A DNA stretch of 30,739 bases from Verrucomicrobiota bacterium (GTDB lineage Bacteria > Verrucomicrobiota > Verrucomicrobiia > Opitutales > Coraliomargaritaceae): contig JBCBZJ010000030.1 in assembly GCA_039815375.1 (NCBI GenBank), positions 1 to 30,739 of the forward strand, in the 5' to 3' direction. The position numbers were made by a program, and so were the translations under genes. This document shows positions 1 through 10,108 of this stretch, in pieces; the first letter of the stretch is position 1, and each line of letters begins with the position of its first letter. A model generated the notes under the pieces. That model was not told where the DNA came from. It saw only the letters and a list, made by a program, of their open reading frames with translations, and ran no database searches.

Positions 1-90
1 CAACGAAATCTCGCCTACGATACGCCCGCGGCGCACCTTGATGCGCGTCACCTCGGGATCTTCGCTGACACCGCCCGCACGCGCGATCAT
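1..90 (-). CDS. Partial ORF running off the window edge; resembles an internal SLBB segment of a Wza/KpsD-type polysaccharide export protein
   Basis: Manual translation gives MIARAGGVSEDPEVTRIKVRRGRIVGEISL, which matches the SLBB-like 'MxAxAGG....E...V.V.R' pattern. The ATG (88-90) overlaps the TGA (87-89) of the giant gene. Bases 1-100 are 65% GC by hand count, against about 50% in the adjacent gene. Confidence 0.35.
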   Translation of the reverse strand, partial: MIARAGGVSEDPEVTRIKVRRGRIVGEISL

Positions 91-3000
91 TGGCGGGTCA
101 GATAATAGCCGGTTTCATCACGACTGCCGCCGTCAACGGAACGACGCTCAACACGAGGACTCAAATCCGTGAGGTCGGTCAGGAATGGAAGATTGAAGGC
201 ATAGTAGTAGATATTTTCAAAATCGCCTCCTCCAAAGGTCTCGTACCATGTCCCGGTAGGGCTAGTCACTCCTACACTGTTGAGCCACAATGGAAGAAGC
301 GGCTGCAGTGTATCGTAGTCGATGAAAGTGTTATCGAAAATCAGTCCGGGTTCTTCGATCGCCGGATCGTAGGCAAATGGAGCAATACGGAAGAGCTCAT
401 TCGTCACCGCAGTAACATTTAGATTACTGGACTGCTCGATTGAGTTATCACGCGTCAGGACGAAGAAGAACCTGAGGTTCGAAAATTCGCCAAGGGCACT
501 AAGAACCTCGACATCCATATCTTCAAGACCTGGCGTTGAGGCATCGAGCGCAGCGAGTAGGTCCGCCTGCGAGGGCAACCGGAAGATTTCCTTGTATTCA
601 ATGGTTGACTGAGATGGATCAGTTGCGGTGAGCCTTCCCGGAAGTGCGGTTGTTTCAGTGACTTCACCCACATTGAGAACAAATGTCCCGGTAGCCAAGC
701 TAGGCGCAGCTTCGGTTACATCCACGCTCCAAAGTTGGATTGTTTGTGTCAGCTCAGTCCCGAATGGAATGTCGCCCAAACCTATATTCTCAACCTCCCA
801 ATCGAAGCGAATGGTCTCTTTCGGATAGAAAAGCTTTTCATTCTCGACGAAATTAGTGCGAACGGTCAGCTGAGGAAGCTGCACGATCGTTACGTCCTGA
901 AGGAACGAAGCATAGTCGTTATTACTGAGGAGCTCCTGCGAAGTATCATAGGTGAATTCCTCGAAATCAGGATCAAGCGACTTGACTCTAGCAAGGAGGT
1001 AGTAAGTGCCAGGCTCTAAGTTGACTGGTAGATCGACTTCGCCCTGGAAAATCAGACGCTGCCCTTCATCAAGCACGTCTACAACGCTGAGATTACCGAC
1101 GAGCTGGTTCGCGCTTTCAAAATCGGTGCTACTACCAAGCCGAATTTCCAAATCCAGATCGTTGTAATTAAAACCAACCGGCAAGGATCCACGATTAACC
1201 ACATTTACCGTGAGTGGGAACGGGTCTCTTTCCAAAGCATAAGTTCCACCGGTATAGACAATACTGGAAATAGCCAAATCAGCTTCTCCAGAAACATCCT
1301 CGAACCTGACGTTATCCAAGTAAACATCTCCTTGAGGAAGATTGTTGTTCACCCGAGCGAAAGTCCAACGGATCTCATTCAGGCCAGCCGGCAGGAAGTA
1401 TTGCTCTTCAATCCAGCCGGCCCCGTCGTCGTCGCGATTGATACTCATCGAACCGCTACCAGGTCCATCGGCCTCACGGCTGACCAAAGCATCGTTCACA
1501 TAGAAGGAAGCAACATCTTCTGAGGTTCCAAAGTCTGCGCGCCAACGGAAGCGGATCAGACGAGGCCCCTCGATCATAGCGAAAACAGAGGCTTCGCCAT
1601 CCTGAGGCATTTCATCCTGCGGTGAGCGGAGCGAATCAGCATCAAACACACCAGCAAATGAATCATCAGTCGGGAACCAACGCCCATCCCCATCCAGGTT
1701 CCATTCAACCGGGTCACTCAAAAGCGACGGAAGATAGGCTGGATCAGTCATATCAACCGTGCCGGAGCGATCCAAAGCTTCAGGAATCGTCAGATCGACA
1801 ATCAAATCGATCAGGGCACTCTCGCTAAACAACAAATTGTTCGAAAAATTACTTTCAGAAATGAATCCGGCTGGATTTGCCCAAACTCCGATATAGTAGT
1901 CCCCGCCAACGCTCAGAAGGTCGGGTATCGTAAGTGCTTCGGAGTAGGTCCGAACCGGAATGAAGCGTTTGCGCGCAGCTTTCTCGGCAGGTGTGCCCTC
2001 AACCAGCGGTGCATCAGATAGTGAATCGGCTAGAATATTTTCCAAATCCAACTGGCTGTAATCAAGCCACGTGCCGGCATTCAGGACAGCTTTGAGACCG
2101 TCAATCACACTTTGCTCAAGCTCCGGCTCGGCCTCTTCTTCCTCCGCAGTTAGCAAGCCCAGGATCGCACTATCCATCCGTTCAATTAGAATGGCGTAGG
2201 GCGTCTCATTGAGAACCAAAAGATCTGCAGCAATCATTGACGCCTGCAGTTCGAGTATGTCAGCGATACCCATCGTGTCATAGCCTTCATTCGCATCCTG
2301 CAAAATCACGTCAGAAGAGTTGGGGATCGTCCAATCGAGATTATTTGTATCGCCCTGATCCGTTGGCGTAAGACGTAAAGTCGTATCGATACCATTATCC
2401 GGGATGCGAAGCTCACCGATGTTCCAAACAAACACAGGCAGCGGGAAGGCATCACCAGCCTCAAAAGGAGCGAGCCCAGACAGCGGAACAAATGTCGGAA
2501 CAAAATCATAAGCAGATTCCGAATAGTCGTCGATCCAGCCTGCATCACGACCGGCACGGACATTGTCACCATTCTCAATATAAGACCAGCGCAAGGTGTG
2601 CGTGCCCTGGCGGGTAATGGTAAAGATTAATTCCCGCCAATCCGCTTCGCCGGAAATCGACGCGATTTCGGTAAAGTCGTCTTCACCCTCGTAGCGGATT
2701 GCGAAGAGAAGCACATCTTCAAGAACTACGCCATCCAGGACTTCAAACTGCGAGGAGACTCTCCAGAGGAACGAAACCTGAACGTCACCACTTGTAACAT
2801 CGACGGTCTTTTGAAGCCAGGATTGGCCTCCTCCAAGAACCGGTCCGGACTGGGCTGCGGCACGAACGCCCGAATCGGAAATATCCTGACCGATGTCGAT
2901 CGGATTAGTGGTCCCGAAGAATGGTGCCTGGATCGTCGAATCATTTTGAGTGGGAACCACAAAGCTCTTGTCCCAAATATGAGTGAATGTGTTGGAATCT

Positions 3001-6000
3001 TCGTCAAAGAAATCCTCGTCGTTCAGCGCGACTTCAAGTGATACATCACTAACAAAAACATCATTGTGGGGGGAGAACGTGCTATTGTCGCTCTCGTCGG
3101 ACTCGTCAATCACCTCAGTGCCATCCACAACAACATTCACAAAATAGAACGAACCAGCATCAATATTTTCAGGGATAGCAGTCGTCACTTCAAAAGTCTG
3201 GCGTGAGCCTGCCGCAATACCGTTCTCAACCGGAATCGAGGTAATCAATCGATCCTCGCTGGGAGCCTCTTCGCGTGAAGTCGCCGCATAAACGTTGATC
3301 ACAAAGTCATCGCCATCGGCAGCACTAACCCCCGACAGACCTTCATTCAAGAGATCAAACTTGATAAGAAGCTCACTCGGTCCTTCAGCAAATTCGCCGC
3401 TCGGTATAATATAGTCGGAAGGTTCAATCACAAAGAAGTCGACGATCTCTTCGTCACTTTGTGCAGCAGGGCCATAGACTTGAATTTCGTTAAAGACAGA
3501 GTCTTCTGACGGCACGATTCGAAGGTCGGCACGGCGATCAATGAAAATGTCGTTAGCCGGAGAGATGAGGAAGTTGTTATCATTCTCACTAAATGCGGCT
3601 GGCTCAGAAATTAATGCGCCCGTGCTGGCATCGACCGCAAATTCGTCAACTGCACCGAAAGCATTGACGCTGGTATCTGCATCAACCCGCGCGATGAGGA
3701 AATAGTTCCCCTCCGGCACTGTTTCCGGAATAATGAGGCTGGCCTGGTAACCGAAACGAGTGCCGCCATCAAGCTCCTGGAATTGCTCCAGATCACCCAG
3801 TAAAGTGTCGCTGCCATCAAAAGTCGCATCTGTAGACAACCAGATTCTAACTTTAATGTCCGGATTGAGCGGCACGCCGAGGCCTCGGTTGCTTCCGGTC
3901 AGGACCACGAAGAGGCGATCCCGCTCAAGGACATAATTGCCCGCTTCATACTGGAGCGCATCGATGACATAATCAGGCTTATCAAGGGGGGCGCCGATGA
4001 CCAGATCATCAATATAAACAAACTCCGCATTAAGCGGATCAGGATCGGGCGTTGTTCCCTGCACATAGGTGAAGCCCAGAGGAGCTTCGGCCGGAACGAC
4101 ATAGTAGCGTGTCTCCCATATCGCGGAATTCCCGGAAATGCGTGAAAGCAGGTTACCTTCAGGCCTTAGCTCATTTCCGTTGGCTCCAAAGAAGAGATAG
4201 TTTGCGCTACCAAGTGTATTTGGCCTCGCCCGGAAACTGACGAGTCGCGGCTGTTCCAAGCGGAAGAGCAGCGATGCAGAAGAATCCGCTTCAAGTTCGC
4301 TTGTCAAAATTGCGTCGCCGTCCGTTGCACCGGTGACACCTGCAGATGCGAACCACTTGTCGCTAAACTCCTTAATTTCAATGTCAGGCGAATCGGCCCA
4401 TGAAGCATCGCCAGTTTGGACACTCTTATCAAGTGAGATGGTTGGGAATACCGCACGGAAGTAGCTCTCGTCGAAACCAATTGGGTCGATATCAAGCGCA
4501 TCTTCGATACTGAGGGCAGTAATCGAGATCAGCGCCGAGGCCGAACCTGCATCATTATTGTCTTCATCGACTTCGCGAACATTACCCTCTAGGTTAACCA
4601 ACTGTGAGTTTTCCTCGGGACCAGGATCAACCCGCAAGAGCAGGTAATAAGCGCCAAGAGGCACTGCCTGCGGAATCGTAGTCTGAAGAAGAACACTCTC
4701 AGTCGCACCGGCAGCGAGGGCTGGCAGCGACGTCGGCGTCAATGTAACGTCCATTACAAAATCGTCATTATCCCAAAGTGTATCGGCAGACAAGCGTGCT
4801 TCGATTCCATAAACGCTACTTTCAGGGACCGCTCCCAGATTTGTATTTTCCAAATCAACCGTAATCTCCAGCGCATCACTTGGTGCAAGATTCAGGTCGC
4901 TCGGATCCGGACCGACCGGATTTTCAATCGAGACCAACTGAAGTTCAAGGTCCGGCAAGAAGCGGATGCCATCGACAAAGGCAAAGACATTGAGCCCTTC
5001 GACGGGAACAGTATCATCGCGATCAAAACTCCAGGTTATGGTATGATCACCCGCAGGAATCGGTAGCAAGAGTTCTTCACTCCAGTCTGCCTCATTGACG
5101 AGTGGTGGTATTCCGGGAACAGCAGTTGCATCCAACTGAACATCAAACTCTCCATAAAGCGTGCTGGTGAAGTCGTTTGTATTTAGGTCATCGGCTTTGC
5201 GAACAAAGACAAGAGCTGCTTCCTCGTCCAGGCTTACATCGATGGTAAAGGCACCACTTTGGCCAGAACCCATAGCAATACTTCTCGCAATATCCTCCGA
5301 AAGTGGAGAATTCTCGATCAATCCGACGAAGGGTAAGTCACCCTCAAATGGTGCAGTTGCATCGTTGACCAGCAAAATACTTTCCGTCCCGGAGAACCCA
5401 TCGGGCACAACTGCAGGGTTTAGTAAATCAGGGTTTAGCGCCTGCCAGAGAGGAACCTCCGCAAAAACAAAGGGGGAGGTTTGCGGAATTACCGTTAGGT
5501 TGTTGGTCTCATCACTTTCCGCAATTTCATTCAGGAAATCTACCGAGCCAACCAAACCTAAAAGCCGACCTAATGGTGCAGCCGTTCCGGCGACATCTAT
5601 GGTTCGAACAAATTCATAGCTCGGTGTGCTACCCGAAGCACCACTGAGAATCTCTGTGCTGGTAAACTGACGCAGCAGCACATCATCTTCAACGCCGAGG
5701 TTGTCTTGCAACAGTAAGGCAATCACATGCTCATCCGAGACGGAGCCTGCCCCAAGATTCTGAACCGTCAGTGTAACTTCTCCGATCGGTTCGGATTGCA
5801 GAATCAATCCTCCGGCAAGCTCATCCGGGTCGTCAAATTCAATCGTCAGGTCGGCCTCGGCAACAAGCTCAATGATCTGAATCGTCGACACATCGATATT
5901 GTTGACTTCATCCAATTCGGCGATGTCTCCATCTGGATCAGCCTGGGCGATCAGGTAAAACAATCCGGAGGTCAATGAAGGACTTTCCAGATCGAAAGTT

Positions 6001-9000
6001 ATGCTACCGGAAATCGAATCCCCACTTGCGAGGTCTACCAATCCCAAAGGTGCGGTATCAATCACACCTAACGGTAAGTCGCCGACATCCAGTACTGCGT
6101 CTTCGGAAAGGAAAAAGCTTAACTTGAGGTCCTGCCCCGAAGCGACGGAATCATAATCCTGACCTATATTGGCAAAGGTGTAGTTCAGTGATAGTGTATC
6201 CTGCTCAATACGGAAGATTCCAGACTCGATCACCGAACCTCCAGAATCCGTCAGGGCGATGTTGAGCGGAATAAAGTCTGGCTGAGTCAAACTAAGAACA
6301 GTGATTTGGTCGACGTAGGCAAAGTCATCGCCCGAAGACTCCGAAGCATCTTTCTCGTAGCTAAAGCGCAGGGTATAGGTCGTAGGGTTGACATCGTCAC
6401 CCGGCAAAAGAAGGAATTCCTCGGTCCAGTCGACTTCGCCAGCGATCGTTTTTTGGATTTCAAAGCTTCCGGTGCCTTCCTTCAGGAAGAGAATCAAATC
6501 GTCACTCTTTCCATTATTGTCATCCTCACTGCTGACCTTCCAGAAGAAGTTGGCAATCGCGTCATCCCCCGCTGGCACAAGAATCTCAACATCGAAGAAA
6601 GACTTCTCACCGTCTCCGATCACCGCACTGCGCGCTGCATCAAAACCGTCGTTGCTTACTTCGGTCTGGCCGAAGAACGGGAAGCCTGTGCTGAATGGCG
6701 CAGTTTCGTCGGAGATCACGAGATACGGTATCGCTGAATCTACTAGATCGACGGCTTCTTCCAGACTGAAGAGTCCGAAGGCATAGTCCGGATTCGGGAA
6801 GAAGACCGCATTATTTGTCTCGTCGGATTCGGTAAAGGCATTAGCCGAATCAACCACTAGCCCGATAAATTTAAAGTCACCGATAGGCAGACCCGCCGGA
6901 AAGGAGAATAGTGAGAAATTCTTGAGACTGGTATTTGGGACGAAGGGCGTGCCTGCCGCGATCCCCCCAAAAGAGATGCCTTCACCGATCGTGAAATCAT
7001 CCCCTGGACTGTAAACGTCGTCATCCGACAGAACAAGACGCAGTTGAATTGTGCCGAAAGCATCACCGTAGCCTCGATTCAATAAGTTGTAATTCACGAA
7101 GATCGCATTACCCGGATAGAAGATGTTTCCGTTGATCGAATTAAGCTCAAGTGAGAGATCTGGTAACGGCTGGATATTTACTGAGGCCGTATCGCTTACG
7201 AAGGTATTGTTGGCGAGAATAGCAGCGCCGCTTTCTCCCGTGACGCCCGTTACTTGAACGATAACATAGTAATCACCGAAGAGATCCGGCGGCGGTGTGT
7301 AAGTGTTGATAATCGTATCACTGAAGCCGGACGGCATCGGGACAGGATACGTGTATGTAGTTCCGACCTGAGTGTCCTCGGCGATATCAAGGCTCGAGTC
7401 TCTTGAAAGATAAACCGCAACATCGAAGTTTGGCGTGACCAGATCGTCACCCTGATTTTTCAATTCATAAGCCAAGCGGAAAGAATCAAGGCCCGCTACC
7501 AGTGAAATATTATTGATCGGGGTAAAAGTATCATCGAGGAGCAGCGCGGCAGGCACCAGAATATCCGGTCCGACCAGATCGACTACCGAAAGGTCGTCCA
7601 CAAAGACCCGCTCGTCCGGTCCTCCGGAACCAGCAAAATATGTCCAGACGACTTCAGTGCCGGCACCAACTGCAACAGAAACGTCAATCCATTCCGTTTC
7701 ACCGCTCAAAGTCAGCACTTGAGCCCCGGCATTCAGTTGTAGGAAATCGCTTGCGCCAGAAGTGGATGCTCTCCACTTGAACGAAATGATCGATGCATCG
7801 ACAACCGTTGTGCGGAAGCTTGCCTCTTCACCAGCCTCCAACTGCGGACTAAACGCAGCATCGTCACCACCTTCTGCACCGGCAAAGGCGAAACCGAACC
7901 AGTCACCGTTACCACCGATTTGGAAAACTCGGCCAGGATCATCCAGTGCAATGTCTAATGCGATGTCTCCGATCTGAATCTGCTTGCTCAGAGTAAACTG
8001 GAAATTATTGAGCTCATCAATTTCAGAAAAAACACCATTAACATCGATCAGGATAGCCACGTAGTAACCAATCGCCTCGACACCGCTGGGAATGGTAAAT
8101 TCGATCGAGTCTGTGTAACTGCTCGTTCCATCGGCAGGCAGGTCTTCATCAATCAATAAGACAGGGCTACCTCCAGTCGGAGAAAGCTCGATGATGGACT
8201 CTTCGGATAAATCTTCAAAATCAGGAGTCAGCACAAAGCGGATGTTGAACGCATCCTGCTCGACAGCATCAAGATCTCCTGTCCCCAGATTTTGGATACC
8301 GAAATTAACCGTAAAGGTGTCCCCCACATCATAACTGGGATCCGGCATATCCACCTCAATGTTTCCAGACGGCGCCAAATCCACTGTAAAGACCACAGGG
8401 CTTTCCACATCCGATAAAGCCACGTTGTTGCTTTCATCGGCCTCATCCACTGCATCTTCCGCATCGGCAGTCACTTCCAGCTGGTAGTCGCCAATCGAGA
8501 TGCCGGCAGGAACTTCGCCCTGCAGAGTGAGAACCAACTCTCCCGAAGGCACCAAAATTGTCGAAGCAGGCACAGGCATATACTGGAGATTGATTAACGC
8601 CTGATTTGTAATCGGAGGCAACTCGCTGATCGGCACCAGAACTGCATCGAAGAAGGAAATCGCCGAACCAAAATCGACCGACCCGGTGCCATTATTCGAT
8701 AGACGCACCGTAAAGGTAATTTGATCACCGGAAGAAATCCCGGCAATTTCTGAAGTAATGATCACTTCCTCAGCCACGATGTCCGGACGGCCCAGCTGAG
8801 TCTCACCAAAAGAATCCTGACCATCCTCAGGTGTTGAATCGATACTACCATTGGCCAACTGGCCTACATCATTAAATCCAGCGGAAAGAATCTCATTATC
8901 ACTACGAACGATGAAGGAAAAACCATCACCCGCTCCAACCGCTAGAAAGCTACTTCCTTCCTGAAGGGCGAAAGGTATTAACTTTCTCCTGTGTTCTACA

Positions 9001-10070
9001 ATCTCAACACCTTCGTCATCGTCTAATCTAAGGCCTAGAGCGCCGGATGGGTTATTCACACCCCAACCAAACAAACTGCCGTCGGTCTTTAATCCCAAGG
9101 CATGCTCGTTCCCGCCCCCGTCAAAAGTGCTGTGTGAGACGAAGGCCCAGTCACTGTCTGTCCCAACTCGTGTTGGCGTAGCAGATACTGTGATCGCCCG
9201 ATCTTGTGCATCCACAATACCAAGGTTACCGCCACTGCCCCAAACCCAAAGCTGACCACTCTCTCCACCAAAATCACGAAGCGCAAATGTTGCTCGGTAT
9301 CCACCAAAAAGTTGCTGCCATCCGTTCAAGCTACCGACCTGAGTCAAACTAATCGGAGCTCGTGCAAAGGTGCCATTTACAAGTATACCTAGTTCTGGAC
9401 CGCCATTGCTATCTGGATCACCAAAGCCCCAGGTCCAGAGTGTAAAGTCATCACGAATTGCGTGATTGTGCGCATTTCCGGCAGAGATAGAGATGTAACG
9501 ATCGGTCGCACTAATCGACGCATCTGGAATCTCATTCAGAAAGTCCTGCTCAGGGTTATTATTGATCGGTTCAAGATTGAGTTGGCCGAAGGAATTGTCG
9601 CCCCAGGCAAAAACTTCACCGGTGGCGTTTCTTGCCAATGAGTGATCATCACCGGCAGCCACCTCAACCCAGTCGGAGTCGCTGCCGACCTGAGTCGGAT
9701 TATCACGATCATTCTGATCGCCAAGACCCAGCTGTCCACGGTCATTACTACCCCAGGCAAAGAGCGCGCCGGTCGACGAAATAGCAAGAATGTGAGCTTC
9801 GCTCGCTGCGGTCCGACTCACACTGACTTCGGACCAGGCACCCGGAACCTGCTCAAGGGTTCCGTCGGAAGAGGAAAGAAACGCGCCCCAGATAAAGAGT
9901 GCGCCAGTGTCGTCAATAACTGCACCAAAATCATCGCCAACGGAAATACGATAATTCTGCCCCGAAAGAGCCGAACCGATAAAGATACTGGAGAGACAAA
10001 GCAGCAGCAGTCTAGCCGCCGATCTCAACCTGGCGAGTTGACCAATTATGTCTGGAAGTCTTTTTCTCAT
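87..10070 (-). CDS. Giant secreted/surface protein (3327 aa): signal peptide, RCC1-repeat beta-propeller, then repeated CARDB Ig-like and beta-sandwich modules; probable adhesin
   Basis: Basic/hydrophobic N-terminus. RCC1 motifs (AWGSNDRGQLGLG, VAAGDDHSLA, AWGDNSFGQL, GFNDVGQLANG). Many CARDB ends (DEADESNN, EIDELNN, ESDETNN, EVDEDNN, ESNFSNN). Very Asp/Glu-rich. Confidence 0.85.
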   Translation of the reverse strand: MRKRLPDIIGQLARLRSAARLLLLCLSSIFIGSALSGQNYRISVGDDFGAVIDDTGALFIWGAFLSSSDGTLEQVPGAWSEVSVSRTAASEAHILAISSTGALFAWGSNDRGQLGLGDQNDRDNPTQVGSDSDWVEVAAGDDHSLARNATGEVFAWGDNSFGQLNLEPINNNPEQDFLNEIPDASISATDRYISISAGNAHNHAIRDDFTLWTWGFGDPDSNGGPELGILVNGTFARAPISLTQVGSLNGWQQLFGGYRATFALRDFGGESGQLWVWGSGGNLGIVDAQDRAITVSATPTRVGTDSDWAFVSHSTFDGGGNEHALGLKTDGSLFGWGVNNPSGALGLRLDDDEGVEIVEHRRKLIPFALQEGSSFLAVGAGDGFSFIVRSDNEILSAGFNDVGQLANGSIDSTPEDGQDSFGETQLGRPDIVAEEVIITSEIAGISSGDQITFTVRLSNNGTGSVDFGSAISFFDAVLVPISELPPITNQALINLQYMPVPASTILVPSGELVLTLQGEVPAGISIGDYQLEVTADAEDAVDEADESNNVALSDVESPVVFTVDLAPSGNIEVDMPDPSYDVGDTFTVNFGIQNLGTGDLDAVEQDAFNIRFVLTPDFEDLSEESIIELSPTGGSPVLLIDEDLPADGTSSYTDSIEFTIPSGVEAIGYYVAILIDVNGVFSEIDELNNFQFTLSKQIQIGDIALDIALDDPGRVFQIGGNGDWFGFAFAGAEGGDDAAFSPQLEAGEEASFRTTVVDASIISFKWRASTSGASDFLQLNAGAQVLTLSGETEWIDVSVAVGAGTEVVWTYFAGSGGPDERVFVDDLSVVDLVGPDILVPAALLLDDTFTPINNISLVAGLDSFRLAYELKNQGDDLVTPNFDVAVYLSRDSSLDIAEDTQVGTTYTYPVPMPSGFSDTIINTYTPPPDLFGDYYVIVQVTGVTGESGAAILANNTFVSDTASVNIQPLPDLSLELNSINGNIFYPGNAIFVNYNLLNRGYGDAFGTIQLRLVLSDDDVYSPGDDFTIGEGISFGGIAAGTPFVPNTSLKNFSLFSFPAGLPIGDFKFIGLVVDSANAFTESDETNNAVFFPNPDYAFGLFSLEEAVDLVDSAIPYLVISDETAPFSTGFPFFGQTEVSNDGFDAARSAVIGDGEKSFFDVEILVPAGDDAIANFFWKVSSEDDNNGKSDDLILFLKEGTGSFEIQKTIAGEVDWTEEFLLLPGDDVNPTTYTLRFSYEKDASESSGDDFAYVDQITVLSLTQPDFIPLNIALTDSGGSVIESGIFRIEQDTLSLNYTFANIGQDYDSVASGQDLKLSFFLSEDAVLDVGDLPLGVIDTAPLGLVDLASGDSISGSITFDLESPSLTSGLFYLIAQADPDGDIAELDEVNNIDVSTIQIIELVAEADLTIEFDDPDELAGGLILQSEPIGEVTLTVQNLGAGSVSDEHVIALLLQDNLGVEDDVLLRQFTSTEILSGASGSTPSYEFVRTIDVAGTAAPLGRLLGLVGSVDFLNEIAESDETNNLTVIPQTSPFVFAEVPLWQALNPDLLNPAVVPDGFSGTESILLVNDATAPFEGDLPFVGLIENSPLSEDIARSIAMGSGQSGAFTIDVSLDEEAALVFVRKADDLNTNDFTSTLYGEFDVQLDATAVPGIPPLVNEADWSEELLLPIPAGDHTITWSFDRDDTVPVEGLNVFAFVDGIRFLPDLELQLVSIENPVGPDPSDLNLAPSDALEITVDLENTNLGAVPESSVYGIEARLSADTLWDNDDFVMDVTLTPTSLPALAAGATESVLLQTTIPQAVPLGAYYLLLRVDPGPEENSQLVNLEGNVREVDEDNNDAGSASALISITALSIEDALDIDPIGFDESYFRAVFPTISLDKSVQTGDASWADSPDIEIKEFSDKWFASAGVTGATDGDAILTSELEADSSASLLFRLEQPRLVSFRARPNTLGSANYLFFGANGNELRPEGNLLSRISGNSAIWETRYYVVPAEAPLGFTYVQGTTPDPDPLNAEFVYIDDLVIGAPLDKPDYVIDALQYEAGNYVLERDRLFVVLTGSNRGLGVPLNPDIKVRIWLSTDATFDGSDTLLGDLEQFQELDGGTRFGYQASLIIPETVPEGNYFLIARVDADTSVNAFGAVDEFAVDASTGALISEPAAFSENDNNFLISPANDIFIDRRADLRIVPSEDSVFNEIQVYGPAAQSDEEIVDFFVIEPSDYIIPSGEFAEGPSELLIKFDLLNEGLSGVSAADGDDFVINVYAATSREEAPSEDRLITSIPVENGIAAGSRQTFEVTTAIPENIDAGSFYFVNVVVDGTEVIDESDESDNSTFSPHNDVFVSDVSLEVALNDEDFFDEDSNTFTHIWDKSFVVPTQNDSTIQAPFFGTTNPIDIGQDISDSGVRAAAQSGPVLGGGQSWLQKTVDVTSGDVQVSFLWRVSSQFEVLDGVVLEDVLLFAIRYEGEDDFTEIASISGEADWRELIFTITRQGTHTLRWSYIENGDNVRAGRDAGWIDDYSESAYDFVPTFVPLSGLAPFEAGDAFPLPVFVWNIGELRIPDNGIDTTLRLTPTDQGDTNNLDWTIPNSSDVILQDANEGYDTMGIADILELQASMIAADLLVLNETPYAILIERMDSAILGLLTAEEEEAEPELEQSVIDGLKAVLNAGTWLDYSQLDLENILADSLSDAPLVEGTPAEKAARKRFIPVRTYSEALTIPDLLSVGGDYYIGVWANPAGFISESNFSNNLLFSESALIDLIVDLTIPEALDRSGTVDMTDPAYLPSLLSDPVEWNLDGDGRWFPTDDSFAGVFDADSLRSPQDEMPQDGEASVFAMIEGPRLIRFRWRADFGTSEDVASFYVNDALVSREADGPGSGSMSINRDDDGAGWIEEQYFLPAGLNEIRWTFARVNNNLPQGDVYLDNVRFEDVSGEADLAISSIVYTGGTYALERDPFPLTVNVVNRGSLPVGFNYNDLDLEIRLGSSTDFESANQLVGNLSVVDVLDEGQRLIFQGEVDLPVNLEPGTYYLLARVKSLDPDFEEFTYDTSQELLSNNDYASFLQDVTIVQLPQLTVRTNFVENEKLFYPKETIRFDWEVENIGLGDIPFGTELTQTIQLWSVDVTEAAPSLATGTFVLNVGEVTETTALPGRLTATDPSQSTIEYKEIFRLPSQADLLAALDASTPGLEDMDVEVLSALGEFSNLRFFFVLTRDNSIEQSSNLNVTAVTNELFRIAPFAYDPAIEEPGLIFDNTFIDYDTLQPLLPLWLNSVGVTSPTGTWYETFGGGDFENIYYYAFNLPFLTDLTDLSPRVERRSVDGGSRDETGYYLTRQ

Positions 10071-10108
10071 GGCTGTCCTTTGTTCTTGGTGATGACCACG
10101 TGCGATTC

